Assembly (NCBI GenBank): GCA_965198005.1
Contig: CBDAOI010000004.1
Coordinates: 1,344,001 to 1,408,000, forward strand
Reading direction: 5' to 3'
Source of the DNA: Spirochaetia bacterium
GTDB taxonomy: Bacteria > Spirochaetota > Spirochaetia > SZUA-6 > Bin103
DNA length: 64,000 nt
A program made the translations under genes and the position numbers. Positions 10,412 to 20,044 of this stretch are shown here, one piece after another (the first letter of the stretch is position 1; the number at the start of each line of letters is the position of its first letter). The notes under the pieces were generated by a model. That model was not told the origin of the DNA and ran no database searches. It was given only the letters and a program-made list of their open reading frames with translations.

Positions 10412-11242
10412 TCAGCGGCGCCCGCCGCCGATCATGATGGTCTCGCCCGTGACGTAGTCGCTGAGGTCGGTGGCCAGAAACTCGACCACCTTGGCGCAAT
10501 CTTCGATCGTCCCTTCGCGCCGGAGCGGCAGGCGGTCCGCCATCTCGCTGCGGTCGCCGAGCCGGCCGGTGCGGATCACGGCCGGGGCGATTGCGTTGAC
10601 GTTGACGTTGTACGGGCCGAACTCGAGCGCCAGCTCCTGCGTGTAGTGGATGATGGCCGCCTTGGCGGTGCCGTAGGGATGGCGGTCGACCACGGTCCCG
10701 ACGCCGTTGGCGGACGACACCGTGATGATCTTCCCCGCGCGCTGCCGTTTCATGTAGGGCGCGACCGCCATGCAGGTGTAGATGCAGGTCATGAGATTGT
10801 TGTCGAGCACGCGGGTGAGCGCCTCCTGCGTGCAGTTCGACGCGGTCTCGGTCGAGTTGACGTCGGGCGCGGCCGCACCTTCCGCCGTGGGCCGGCGTTC
10901 GTCGGAGAAGGTGATGGTCCCGCCCCCGGCGTTGCAGACCGCGACGTCGATGCGCCCCAGCGTGGCGGCCACCCGGTCCACGGCCGCGGTGGTCTGCTCG
11001 CGGTCGGTCAGGTCGACCTCGATCTCCAGCGCGCGGACGCCGAGCGCCCGGCACTCCGCGACCACCGAATCCGCGGTCATCCGGGCGCGTTCGAAGTCGT
11101 ACACGTGCGCCCCGCGCAGGTTGCGGTCCAGAATGGCGATGTCGGCGCCCAGCCCCGCCAGGCGCAGCGCGTAGCCCCGCCCGAGCCCGCGCGCGCCGCC
11201 GGTGATCAGCGCCACCTTGCCGGCCAGCTTCGGTCCGCTCAC
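10412..11242 (-). CDS. SDR family oxidoreductase
   Basis: TGGARGLG, NAGG, YGTAK; GTG start overlaps the upstream stop. Confidence 0.9.
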   Translation of the reverse strand: MSGPKLAGKVALITGGARGLGRGYALRLAGLGADIAILDRNLRGAHVYDFERARMTADSVVAECRALGVRALEIEVDLTDREQTTAAVDRVAATLGRIDVAVCNAGGGTITFSDERRPTAEGAAAPDVNSTETASNCTQEALTRVLDNNLMTCIYTCMAVAPYMKRQRAGKIITVSSANGVGTVVDRHPYGTAKAAIIHYTQELALEFGPYNVNVNAIAPAVIRTGRLGDRSEMADRLPLRREGTIEDCAKVVEFLATDLSDYVTGETIMIGGGRR

Positions 11243-12297
11243 GCGCTCTCTCCCGGGATCAGCAGCACCTTGGCCGCCTGTTTCTGCAGCGCGAGCCGGA
11301 ACCCGTCCTCGGCCCGCCCCAGCGGCAGGCGGTGGGTGATGATCGGCTCCACGTCCAGGCGGCCGGCGGCCAGCAGCCGTAGCGCCCGCGTCCAGGTGGC
11401 GGCGTCGCCCGTCCCGTAGCCGTACGCGCTGACCAGGTTCTTTCTGGCCCGCACCATGGGCGTCGGATCGATCGCGGCCGGCGCGCCGTAGATCCCCAGC
11501 AGCACCACCTGCCCGCCGCGCTTGACCAGTTCGATGCTCTGCTGGATCGCCGGCGGGCTGCCGGTAGCTTCGAACACCAAGTCGAAGCCGCCACCGTTGA
11601 GACTGGCGGCGCGCGCGGCCAGGGCCGCCCCGGCGTCGGCGTCCACCTCCATCACCCCATCCGCCCCGAGGCGCTCGGCGAGGCCCAGGCGCACGCCGTC
11701 CGCGGCCGTGCCGGCCACCACGATCAGGCCGGCGCCGGCGGCGCGCAGCAGCGCCGTGGTCAGCAGCCCGATCGGCCCGGGGCCGAGCACCGCCGCCGTC
11801 TGCCCCACGCGCAGCCCCGATACGTCGATGGCGTTCAGGCAGATGCAGAGCGGTTCCATCATCGCGGCGGCGGCCGCACTCACCTCCGGCGGCAGCTTGA
11901 ACACCTGCGCAGCCGCCGTCAGCCGCCCGTACTCGGCAAAGAACCCGTCCGACCTGATGCCCGGCCCCAGCATGGCGCCGCACCGGTCGCCGCGCCCGGC
12001 GCGGCAGTCGGGGCAGGTTCCGCACGCCATCGTCGGCGGCGCGCAGATCCGGTCCCCGACCTGCACCGTCGTCACGCCCCTGCCTACCTCGACCACCTCC
12101 CCGGAGAACTCGTGGCCGAGGATCACCGGCACGCGCACGATTTCGGAGCCGCGCGTCCACTGGTAGTAGTGCACGTCGCTCCCGCAGATGCCGGCCGCGG
12201 CCACTTTCACCAGGATGTCGCCGTCGCCCACCGCCGGGACGCCGACCTCGCGCACCTCGATGCCCGGCGCCTGCCTGACCTTCATGACCGCTTGCAT
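11239..12297 (-). CDS. Zn-dependent alcohol/threonine dehydrogenase family
   Basis: GICGSDVH, GHEFSG, CGTCPDC..C, GPGPIG. Confidence 0.9.
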   Translation of the reverse strand: MQAVMKVRQAPGIEVREVGVPAVGDGDILVKVAAAGICGSDVHYYQWTRGSEIVRVPVILGHEFSGEVVEVGRGVTTVQVGDRICAPPTMACGTCPDCRAGRGDRCGAMLGPGIRSDGFFAEYGRLTAAAQVFKLPPEVSAAAAAMMEPLCICLNAIDVSGLRVGQTAAVLGPGPIGLLTTALLRAAGAGLIVVAGTAADGVRLGLAERLGADGVMEVDADAGAALAARAASLNGGGFDLVFEATGSPPAIQQSIELVKRGGQVVLLGIYGAPAAIDPTPMVRARKNLVSAYGYGTGDAATWTRALRLLAAGRLDVEPIITHRLPLGRAEDGFRLALQKQAAKVLLIPGESA

Positions 12298-12504
12298 GAC
12301 CGGCCCAGTATAGCCTAGCGGGCGCCGCGTGCGCCGCGTGGCCGTCCGCTCGCCGTCCCTTCCCATCCCCATCCCTTTCCATGCAGCGCACGATCTTCTA
12401 CCATTGGTTGGCGTGTGGTTGGCGTGGCGTGCATGGCGTGGCCGCGGCGGGCGCCCACGTCGGCCGTGCGCGCCGGCCCCGAGTCAGACCCATCGCATAC
12501 CGGC

Positions 12505-13431
12505 ATGAACATCGAAGTTTTCATACTTGGCACCGGCGGCATGATGCCGCTGCCCGGACGGGGGCTCACCTCGGTTCTGGTGCGGCGCGAGGGCGACCTG
12601 TTCCTGTTCGATTGCGGCGAAGGTACGCAGGTCGCGTTTCGCCGGCTGAATCTCCGCTGGAAGCGGATCACCCACATTTTCATCTCCCATACCCACGCCG
12701 ACCACGTCACCGGGTTGCCGGGCATCCTCTCGCTCTCCTCGCAGGTGGAGCGCACCGAGCCGCTACACGTCTACGGCCCGCCCAAGGTGCGCGCCTACCT
12801 CGAGCAGAGCCTGCGGGTGCTGGACATCTACATCAACTACGAGATCGTGATTCACGAGACGCTTGACAGCGGTCCCCTGGTGACCGGGGACGGCTATCAG
12901 GTGCACGCCTACCGGCTGCGCCACTCCAAGCCGTGTCTGGGCTACGCGCTGGTGGAAAATGAGCGGCCGGGGGTGTTCTTTCCCGAACGCGCGCAGGCGC
13001 TCGGCGTGCCGCGCGGGCCGCTGTGGGGACAGCTCCAGGGCGGGGCGACCGTTACCCTGGCGGATGGCATGGAGGTGCACTCCGCCCAGGTGATGGGGGA
13101 CAAGCGGCGCGGGCGCAAGTTCGCGTTCGTCACCGATACCGCCATGGTGCCCGGCCTCGACCGGTTCGTGGCGGGCGCCGATCTCATGATCTGCGAGGGG
13201 ATGTTCGCCCAGGACCTGCAGGAGAGCGCGCGCGACAAGAAGCATCTCACCGCGCGCCAAGCGGGGGCGTTGGCGCGGTCGGGCGCGGTCGGCCGCATGG
13301 GCCTGATCCACTACAGCCCGCGCTACACGGAGCGCGATCTCAAGCTGCTGCTGCGCGAGGCTCGGGCGGAATTCGGCGGTGCGTTTCTGACGCGCGACCT
13401 GCAGCGGATCGCGATTCCGTTTCGTGATTGA
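12505..13431 (+). CDS. rnz: Ribonuclease Z
   Basis: LGTGGMMP, DCGEGTQ, HTHADH, exosite GVPRGPLWG, KHLTARQAG, HYSPRY. Confidence 0.95.
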   Translation: MNIEVFILGTGGMMPLPGRGLTSVLVRREGDLFLFDCGEGTQVAFRRLNLRWKRITHIFISHTHADHVTGLPGILSLSSQVERTEPLHVYGPPKVRAYLEQSLRVLDIYINYEIVIHETLDSGPLVTGDGYQVHAYRLRHSKPCLGYALVENERPGVFFPERAQALGVPRGPLWGQLQGGATVTLADGMEVHSAQVMGDKRRGRKFAFVTDTAMVPGLDRFVAGADLMICEGMFAQDLQESARDKKHLTARQAGALARSGAVGRMGLIHYSPRYTERDLKLLLREARAEFGGAFLTRDLQRIAIPFRD

Positions 13432-13461
13432 TCGACACGGGGCGCGGGTCTGCCCGGGGGT

Positions 13462-14616
13462 TCAGGCGTCGGCGGTTTGCTGCAGCTCGCGGAACCGAAC
13501 CGGGTCGACCCGGAACCCGACCAGGTGGTCGCCGCCGCGTGCCATGGCGCGCCCGAGCGCGCGTTCGGTTTCCAGCACCAGCCGTTCCCCGCCGAGCAGG
13601 CGTCCGCACCGGTCGGCAATTCCCACTGCCACGGTCAGGCCGGAGTTGTCGTTCGCGTGCCCGCGCCAGTCATCCATCAGCGCGAGCGCCCGGTCGAGAT
13701 CGGTCTCGGGCAGAATCAGGGCAAATCCGGCGGCGCCGTACTGAAACGCGAGGTCGGGGGCCGGCGCCACCTCGCGCAGCAGCGCGGCCAGACGCTCCGA
13801 GCTGTCATCGGTGGTGGCGCGCACGGCGGTGAGCACTCCCAGCACCAGACTGAGGTCGTGGTCGTAGGCCGCCGCGCGTCCCAGTTCGCCGTCGAGTCGG
13901 TCCAGGAACATCTCCTGCGGTTCGAGGCCGAAGGCGGCCGGTTCGGGGTCGGGATCGGCGTGCGCGGGCGATTCCGCCGCCGCCGCTTCCCGGCGCGGGG
14001 CGAAGTCCGCGCCCACGGCTGACGCTGCTGCCGTGTCCGGCCACGGTGCGGCGGCCGTCCGGCGCAGCAGCGGCGCGAGGATGAGGATCAGCAGCAGGGC
14101 GATGGCGCAGGCCAGCAGGAACGCCAGCACCAGGAACAGCGCGTCGCGCAGCATGTAGAATCCCTGCTCGCGTCCCACCAGTTGGTAGGAGGCGGTCAGC
14201 GTCGCGGTCGGGTCGCCGGAAAACGGTGCGGAGAAGGTGCCGTGCAGGCCCCGTTTGCGGAGCGCCAGCGGGGCACCGGTTGCGGCATCCGACTCGATCA
14301 GGTCGCGCTCGACCGCGAACGCGTAGCGGACCCCTTCGGGGCCGTGAATGATCAGCCCTGCAAGCCCCGTTTCCGCCTTGTTGGCCAACGTCGCCGTGGC
14401 CGCCAGAAAGTGGGCCGACCTGACCGTCCGCTCGGCCAGGAACGCGCTGCCGAGTTCCTGATTCAATACCTCGAAGTCTATCGCGCTGGTGCGCTCGCCG
14501 CGTTCGAGGGATACGAGGAGCCGGACCGCCAGCAGCCCCACGAGGACCACCACGAACCCGGCCCCGGCGATCGCGAACAGGCGAACGACGAACGTCCGGT
14601 GAGAGCTAAGGAGCAT
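13462..14616 (-). CDS. Membrane protein with degenerate GGDEF-like C-terminal domain
   Basis: Two TM segments; LDGELGRAA..DLSLVLG..FQYGAAGFALILPETDLDRA resembles the GGDEF fold but lacks the GG[DE]EF motif. Confidence 0.65.
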   Translation of the reverse strand: MLLSSHRTFVVRLFAIAGAGFVVVLVGLLAVRLLVSLERGERTSAIDFEVLNQELGSAFLAERTVRSAHFLAATATLANKAETGLAGLIIHGPEGVRYAFAVERDLIESDAATGAPLALRKRGLHGTFSAPFSGDPTATLTASYQLVGREQGFYMLRDALFLVLAFLLACAIALLLILILAPLLRRTAAAPWPDTAAASAVGADFAPRREAAAAESPAHADPDPEPAAFGLEPQEMFLDRLDGELGRAAAYDHDLSLVLGVLTAVRATTDDSSERLAALLREVAPAPDLAFQYGAAGFALILPETDLDRALALMDDWRGHANDNSGLTVAVGIADRCGRLLGGERLVLETERALGRAMARGGDHLVGFRVDPVRFRELQQTADA

Positions 14617-14666
14617 GGCTGCTATGATTGTCGACCATCTGCGGCCACCTCTGGAGTGACGCCAAC

Positions 14667-15533
14667 CTAATCCTCCAGGTTCAACCGGTTGAACAGCCGT
14701 TTGTAGGTCGCGAAGTGCTCCGACTGGGCGAATTCTTCGATCTTGTCCTCGGGCAGCGAGTCCAGGAGCTGATCCAGATAGAGCAGCACGGACCGCATGT
14801 CCTGCTGGAGGTCGTCGGGGACTTCGCCGTTGGTGGGCGCCTCCGGCGGCGCGGCGTCGCCGGGCGGCTGCACCGGCTGCACCGGCTGTGCCCGCGGCGG
14901 CCGCGGTGGCGGCTCGTCGTCCACCGGCTCCAGGGAAATCGCGGTCGGCACGCGGTCGGCGTCGTCCGCCGCCGGCGGCAACTCGGGTTCGGCGACCGCC
15001 GGGCCCGCCACTTCGGCCGCCGCCGGCTCCGGCGCTGGTTCGGCGACCGCGGCCGGCGCAGCCGCGACGCCCGAACTGCGCAGGTCGGCCAGTTCCTGCT
15101 TGAGATCCGACAGTTCCACCATGATCGCCAGCAGGTCGCGTTCCAGCTTGGCCACCGCGTCGGAGGTCGCCGGTGCTGACGCGGCAGGCGCGGCCGGTGG
15201 GTCGGCCGTTGCGGGCGTGGACGGTTCGGCCTCGTCCTCCAGTTGGCTCAACAACGCCTCCTCTTCCTCGCTGAGCAGGCTGATCGTGGGCTCGTCCGAT
15301 TCCGGCTCGGATTCCGGATCCGCGCCCGGATCGACCGGCGTGTCCCATTCCGCCTGCGGTGTGCCGCCGGGCTCCGCGACGGCCGGCTCTGCGACGGCGG
15401 GCTCGAGCATCACCCAGTTGCCGTAGGCCTCAAGGTTGTCGCCACCGGATCCGGTGCCTTTGGTCGCGGCGGCCGCGGCGCGTTGAGAAAAGCGCCGGCG
15501 GCCACGGAGATCGGTCAGTTTGTCGAACGCCAT
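14667..15533 (-). CDS. Hypothetical Pro/Ala/Glu-rich protein with conserved C-terminal helical domain
   Basis: C-terminal SVLLYLDQLLDSLPEDKIEEFAQSEHFATYKRLF resembles a tail I recall from spirochaete hypothetical proteins. Confidence 0.6.
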   Translation of the reverse strand: MAFDKLTDLRGRRRFSQRAAAAATKGTGSGGDNLEAYGNWVMLEPAVAEPAVAEPGGTPQAEWDTPVDPGADPESEPESDEPTISLLSEEEEALLSQLEDEAEPSTPATADPPAAPAASAPATSDAVAKLERDLLAIMVELSDLKQELADLRSSGVAAAPAAVAEPAPEPAAAEVAGPAVAEPELPPAADDADRVPTAISLEPVDDEPPPRPPRAQPVQPVQPPGDAAPPEAPTNGEVPDDLQQDMRSVLLYLDQLLDSLPEDKIEEFAQSEHFATYKRLFNRLNLED

Positions 15534-15852
15534 AGCCATCCTGCCGGGGAACCGGTGGCACACTCACCGAGGCGGGTCGCCGCCGGCCTGGGGTTTTCGT
15601 TCTCTATAAGTATCGGCCGCTGACCGCCACAGCTTACCCCGTCCCTTCACTCCGCGGTGACCGTGCGGCTGCTGGCTGGTGTCCGTCGATGCGCGGCATG
15701 TTATCATCGAAACGACCAGCAGTCCGACGACGGGCGCGGCCTGATCGTCGGAGCGGCCTGGACCCTGCCGCACAACTGATGCAACGGGCACCGGATCGCG
15801 CGCCTGAGCTGGTGCCGGCGGGCGCCTGCAAGTCAATGGAGGGTAGAGAACG

Positions 15853-16884
15853 ATGCTGAAGAGTGTTCAGCTTGGGGGCCGGAGCGGCCTGAGAGTGTCA
15901 CAGTTGGGCCTGGGCACCATGAACTTCGGCGAGCCCGGCCGGGGCCACCAGGGGGACTGGACCCTCGATCCGGATCAGGCCAGGCCGATCTTCAAGAGCG
16001 CGATCGACAACGGTCTGTTCTATTTCGATTGTGCCGACGCCTACGGTCTGGGCGCCTGTGAAACGGTGGTTGGCCGACTCCTCAAGGAGCTGCTGCCCCG
16101 GGACGAGTACGTGTTGCAGACCAAGGTCTCCATGTCGACGGGTCCGGGGGCCAATCAGGGCGGCCTGTCGCGCAAGCACGTCATGGAGGGGGTGGACGCC
16201 TGCCTCCGGCGGTTGGGGCACGACTACATCGACGTGTTGGTGATCCACCGTCATCCGCATGGGGTCCCGGGCCACGTGGCGGTGCCGATCGAGGAGACGC
16301 TGGAGGCGCTGCACGACCTGGTGCGCGCCGGCAAGGTGCTGTACCTGGGCGGCTCGACGATGTTTGCCTGGCAGTTCGCGGAGCTGCAGCTCACCGCCCA
16401 GCTCCACGGTTGGACCAGGTTCGTGACCATGCAGAACCACTACAACCTGATCTACCGGGAAGAAGAGCGGGAGATGAATCCGTACTGCGTCAAGACCGAC
16501 GTTGCGCTCACGCCCTGGTCGCCGCTGGCGCGCGGCGTGCTGACCGGCTCCTACCGCGGCGGATTCGATCAAGGGTCCACCGCCCGCTCGCGGGGGCGGG
16601 ATCGGGTGCGTACCGAAGGGCTGTATCGCGGCCGGCAGGATTTCCGGATCGCCGAGCGGGTAGGGGAGGTGGCGCGCAAATACGGCATCTCGCGCGCTCA
16701 GGTCTGCATCGCCTGGCTCCTGGGCAAGCCCGGAATCGTCGCTCCCACCGTCGGCGTCTCGCAAGTGGCGCAGATCGAAGACCTGGTCGCCGGAACCGCC
16801 CTCACGCTCGCTCCCGAAGACCTCGCCTACCTGGAGGAGCTGTACGAGCCGCTGGTCAATCTGCTGTCGATCGGCACCTCTTGA
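15853..16884 (+). CDS. Aldo/keto reductase
   Basis: LGLGTMNFG, DCADAYG, MQNHYNL, WSPLARG; GGAGG SD. Confidence 0.92.
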   Translation: MLKSVQLGGRSGLRVSQLGLGTMNFGEPGRGHQGDWTLDPDQARPIFKSAIDNGLFYFDCADAYGLGACETVVGRLLKELLPRDEYVLQTKVSMSTGPGANQGGLSRKHVMEGVDACLRRLGHDYIDVLVIHRHPHGVPGHVAVPIEETLEALHDLVRAGKVLYLGGSTMFAWQFAELQLTAQLHGWTRFVTMQNHYNLIYREEEREMNPYCVKTDVALTPWSPLARGVLTGSYRGGFDQGSTARSRGRDRVRTEGLYRGRQDFRIAERVGEVARKYGISRAQVCIAWLLGKPGIVAPTVGVSQVAQIEDLVAGTALTLAPEDLAYLEELYEPLVNLLSIGTS

Positions 16885-16900
16885 GCCCCGGAGTGGGATA

Positions 16901-17005
16901 ATGCCCTTGGCTGCGCAGATCGTCGATCAGCACGTATCCGGCATCATCGAGCGGCACTCGGATGACTTCGGAGTCGACGCACTGTACTTCCGACCGCCGG
17001 ATGAC
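16901..17005 (+). pseudogene. Internally deleted N-terminal relic of an AIPR-family protein
   Basis: MPLAAQIVDQHVSGIIERH joined directly to DDFGVDALYFRPPDD (DxGxDA motif of AIPR N-terminal region); GGAG upstream. Confidence 0.45.
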
Positions 17006-17425
17006 CACCTCCGGGTACGCCCTCTGGCGGCCTGTACTGCAACTCCCGGCGGATTTCATCGGTATTCCGCGATTGTCGAAACAGGTTTTCCATGCGGTGT
17101 CGAACGATGTCGCGAACGACACGGGGGTGACTGAGCGCTCTTGAGGTCGCAATCGTATTGACGAAACGGTCGAGGAGCGAAAGGAGGCCGTCGTCACCGC
17201 TGTTCAGCATTTGCCGAGGGGCAGTTCCGAAATCAGGCAGTTTGGTGTCCAGCCACTCTTCTCCATGGTCGTTTCCCACGGCGGGAATCCAGGCGGCGGC
17301 GTGTCGCGCGGCCCATCAGGCTTCTCGAACAGGCGCGTCAGTCGCTGCTTGATTGCTTCCGGAGCAGGACGAGGTGTCACCTCGATCATTGTCGGCGTCG
17401 TCTCTTGCTTGGACCTTGCGGCCAT
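16944..17425 (-). pseudogene. Degraded MbcA/ParS/Xre-like antitoxin-domain gene
   Basis: EEWLDTKLPDFGTAPRQML resembles the Xre/MbcA C-terminal domain; split over two frames. Confidence 0.35.
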
Positions 17426-17429
17426 CACC

Positions 17430-17490
17430 TTACCCCTTGACGGTGCCGACGGTGAAGCCCTGGATCAGGCGGTCGAGGAACGAGGTAAAG
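17430..17490 (-). pseudogene. C-terminal fragment of carbohydrate ABC permease
   Basis: FTSFLDRLIQGFTVGTVKG*, the typical MalG-like terminal motif. Confidence 0.6.
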
Positions 17491-17530
17491 ATCGCGCACG
17501 TCGTCTCTGCCGTGTTCACTCAGTACTTAT

Positions 17531-17558
17531 TTGCGACAGACCTGAAATGGTGTATACT
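17531..17558 (+). promoter_or_regulatory. Putative sigma70 promoter of the three-gene operon
   Basis: TTGCGA-16 bp-TATACT, 7 nt before ATG 17566. Confidence 0.55.
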
Positions 17559-17565
17559 TGGAGCC

Positions 17566-18756
17566 ATGAGATCACGGACCCACGAAGTCCGAGACACCAT
17601 CCCGCGGCTCCAGCAACTCGTTCCCCATATGCGAGACCAGTTGACCGGCCTGCGCGACGGCGCAACGTTTGAGCACGCTCGACGGCGTTATGCGGGCACG
17701 GTTGACCGACTGAGTTTCCAAGGGCTGGGACGACGAACAGCCAGTCGCGTGGGAGACCAGGACCAGTACTGGTCGCCGACGCGTGAAGTGCTGGATGAGG
17801 CCATGCGCCTTGGATTCGTCGAGCGCCAGAAGCTTCCCTCGTCACGCCGATACGTGGACGCGCATCGACACCGTCAGCATACCCTCACTCAGCTCGGCCT
17901 TCACGCCGCGGAGGAAGCCGAGACAGACATGGCGGCGTTTTGCGACCGACTAGCTGTCGCCGTCTACGACCACCATCCCTACTTCCGCGCCTTCATCGAC
18001 ACGCTGCAGGCCGGGCCAATCGGGTGCCCGGAGGTCGCTGAAGGGGACGTCGAGGAATCTCGCCGCAGCGGCAAGAACACCGAACACTGGGTCGAAATCG
18101 CAAGCCATCGGATTCCCCGCCAGACGACTACCGGCGACGACAAGGCTCGCATCCACGAGGCCATCGTCGCCGTCGTGCGACACCGATTTGGACAGACGCC
18201 GGAGCGGCTCCCCACGAGTAAGCAATTGGCTGAGGCGCTCAACGACGCCTACATTGAAGCCGCTCTCCGTCTCCGTGGCCTCTCGATGGGTGCTATCGAC
18301 CTGAAGGTCATGAAGAAGTGGGGTTCGCAACTGATGCTGCTGGACGAGTCGCGGTACGTTCCCCGGTTCGCGAAGCAGAACATCATCTGGCTTGCCGCCA
18401 ACGTCAGCAACAATGGCGTTGTACGCATACAGCGCAGGACACTAGCGAACTATGAACGCTCAGTGGCCGAAGCAGTCGTTGCCGCCTACAACGCCCAGGC
18501 GGCCACAGAAGATACCAGCCTCAGAGCCCCATATCTTCCGATCTACGGCGTACGCGCACAAGCCGCTTTCGAGCGTCGGGTCACACGCGCCCTCGTCGAC
18601 TTGGTCATCGAGCGGTTGGCCGTTGGCTCCATTCGTGACCTCCACGTTCAAGTGTGGCTTCACCTCGGGAAGACGCGACAGCCGGATTCGGAACCGGTGT
18701 ATCGGCGCGGCGGCAATCGACGATACGAAATCACAATCCAGGCCCCAAGCATCTGA
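17566..18756 (+). CDS. Uncharacterised 396-aa protein, first gene of candidate defence operon
   Basis: Long stop-free ORF; 'TREVLDEAMRLGFVE..HTLTQLG' is winged-helix-like (inference). Confidence 0.8.
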   Translation: MRSRTHEVRDTIPRLQQLVPHMRDQLTGLRDGATFEHARRRYAGTVDRLSFQGLGRRTASRVGDQDQYWSPTREVLDEAMRLGFVERQKLPSSRRYVDAHRHRQHTLTQLGLHAAEEAETDMAAFCDRLAVAVYDHHPYFRAFIDTLQAGPIGCPEVAEGDVEESRRSGKNTEHWVEIASHRIPRQTTTGDDKARIHEAIVAVVRHRFGQTPERLPTSKQLAEALNDAYIEAALRLRGLSMGAIDLKVMKKWGSQLMLLDESRYVPRFAKQNIIWLAANVSNNGVVRIQRRTLANYERSVAEAVVAAYNAQAATEDTSLRAPYLPIYGVRAQAAFERRVTRALVDLVIERLAVGSIRDLHVQVWLHLGKTRQPDSEPVYRRGGNRRYEITIQAPSI

Positions 18757-18768
18757 AAGGAGACCATC

Positions 18769-20037
18769 ATGGCAGTTGACACACTCGACCACATGGAAGA
18801 AGCGTGGAATCTGGAGGCTAATCCGTTTCCCGCGGAGGCCATCCACGCCCAGGACACTCCTTATTCCCCAACCGTCTTCGATGAGGAGGCCCAGGAGTTC
18901 CGTCGGAAACTCATCCGCGGCTCCGTTCGCGGCAACGTAAACATCGGTTTCCTCTGGTCCCAAGGCGCGCAGGCGGACACCGGCTTCGGCAAGACGACCT
19001 TGATGCGTGAGATCACCAAGGAGATCAACCACGACCTGGGAGTCGACACCCTCACGAAGGCGCGCATCGGAGCCGACAAGCAGGTCCCCATAGCGGCCGC
19101 TTACTCCAACTTGAACAACCTCAATGCTTCCGGGCTGTACCCTGTGCTCTTCAATGCGGTCATCGACCTCACCCAGCCGCCGCAGATGGGCACTCCCGTA
19201 CTCGACCAAGCCAGGGCGCGTATTGTGCAAGACCTTGGCACTGCTGACCCCACCCATCTCTACCGTCACGTCACGGACACATGGCTCAACATATGCGGCA
19301 CTGCGCCGCCGTTGCGGCCCGAAGTGGTAAGCGCCTTTGCCGACGCGGGAGCCCAAGGGGTCAAGGCCGCCTTGGGGATGGTGTCCGCGACCGCCCGTCT
19401 TCGCAGCGGACTCCACTATCTCGACTTCGCCCTTGCTGCGCTCGCGGCGGCCGGTGTCGATCATCTGTACCTGATGATTGACCAGCTTGAAGATCTCGCA
19501 ACCACCCGCACCATGACTGCTGCAAAGCGCTCTCGGGAGGTCGGGCGTATCCGGGACATGCTCGAGGGCCCTCCCTATGCCAACAGGGTCCACTTCATTT
19601 TCACCTTCCACAACCGCGCAGCACAGGTTCTCGAACGATTCTGGGAGGAGAATCGGCTACCGCCGTTCGAGATCTCGCGGAGCAACGTCGCATCCGTTGT
19701 CGTACTTCGTGGGCTCAAGGAGGACACTCAGGTGTCCGACCTGCTGCGCGTGTACTTGGAGGAACAACGCGAAGGCCAAGTCGAGGACGACCTGCTTCCC
19801 TTCGACGCCGGCGCGATCACCGTGCTCAGGGAGGTTTCCGATGGTCGGGCGGGAATACTGTTGAACCGTGCACGAGAGATCTTCGACTTCGCCGCCGAAC
19901 ACGGTGCGCCACGCATTACTGGGGAGCTTGCGTCCAGATTCTTCGCCGGAGCCGACACTTCCGACCTCGAGCCGGGAAGCGACGACGGCAGCGGCTCTCA
20001 GGAAGGCGACATCGACGATCTCCTTGGCACCCGATGA
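18769..20037 (+). CDS. P-loop AAA+ ATPase
   Basis: Walker A (D)TGFGKTT, Walker B YLMIDQLEDL, AAA+ lid 'LLPFDAGAITVLREVSDGRAG'; GAAAGGAG SD. Confidence 0.85.
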   Translation: MAVDTLDHMEEAWNLEANPFPAEAIHAQDTPYSPTVFDEEAQEFRRKLIRGSVRGNVNIGFLWSQGAQADTGFGKTTLMREITKEINHDLGVDTLTKARIGADKQVPIAAAYSNLNNLNASGLYPVLFNAVIDLTQPPQMGTPVLDQARARIVQDLGTADPTHLYRHVTDTWLNICGTAPPLRPEVVSAFADAGAQGVKAALGMVSATARLRSGLHYLDFALAALAAAGVDHLYLMIDQLEDLATTRTMTAAKRSREVGRIRDMLEGPPYANRVHFIFTFHNRAAQVLERFWEENRLPPFEISRSNVASVVVLRGLKEDTQVSDLLRVYLEEQREGQVEDDLLPFDAGAITVLREVSDGRAGILLNRAREIFDFAAEHGAPRITGELASRFFAGADTSDLEPGSDDGSGSQEGDIDDLLGTR

Positions 20038-20044
20038 CGAGATC

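Noticed and set aside
136-11054. Long overlapping ORFs such as 136-2325 +, 5739-7979 +, the 5' part of 7907-10372 - and 3392-4804 +
   Set aside because: Antisense or alternative-frame shadows of real genes in high-GC DNA; Arg/Gly/Ala-rich with no motifs
15570-15850. ncRNA in the intergenic region (hairpin tccgacga..tcgtcgga)
   Set aside because: Single hairpin in GC-rich DNA, with no second copy or recognisable family
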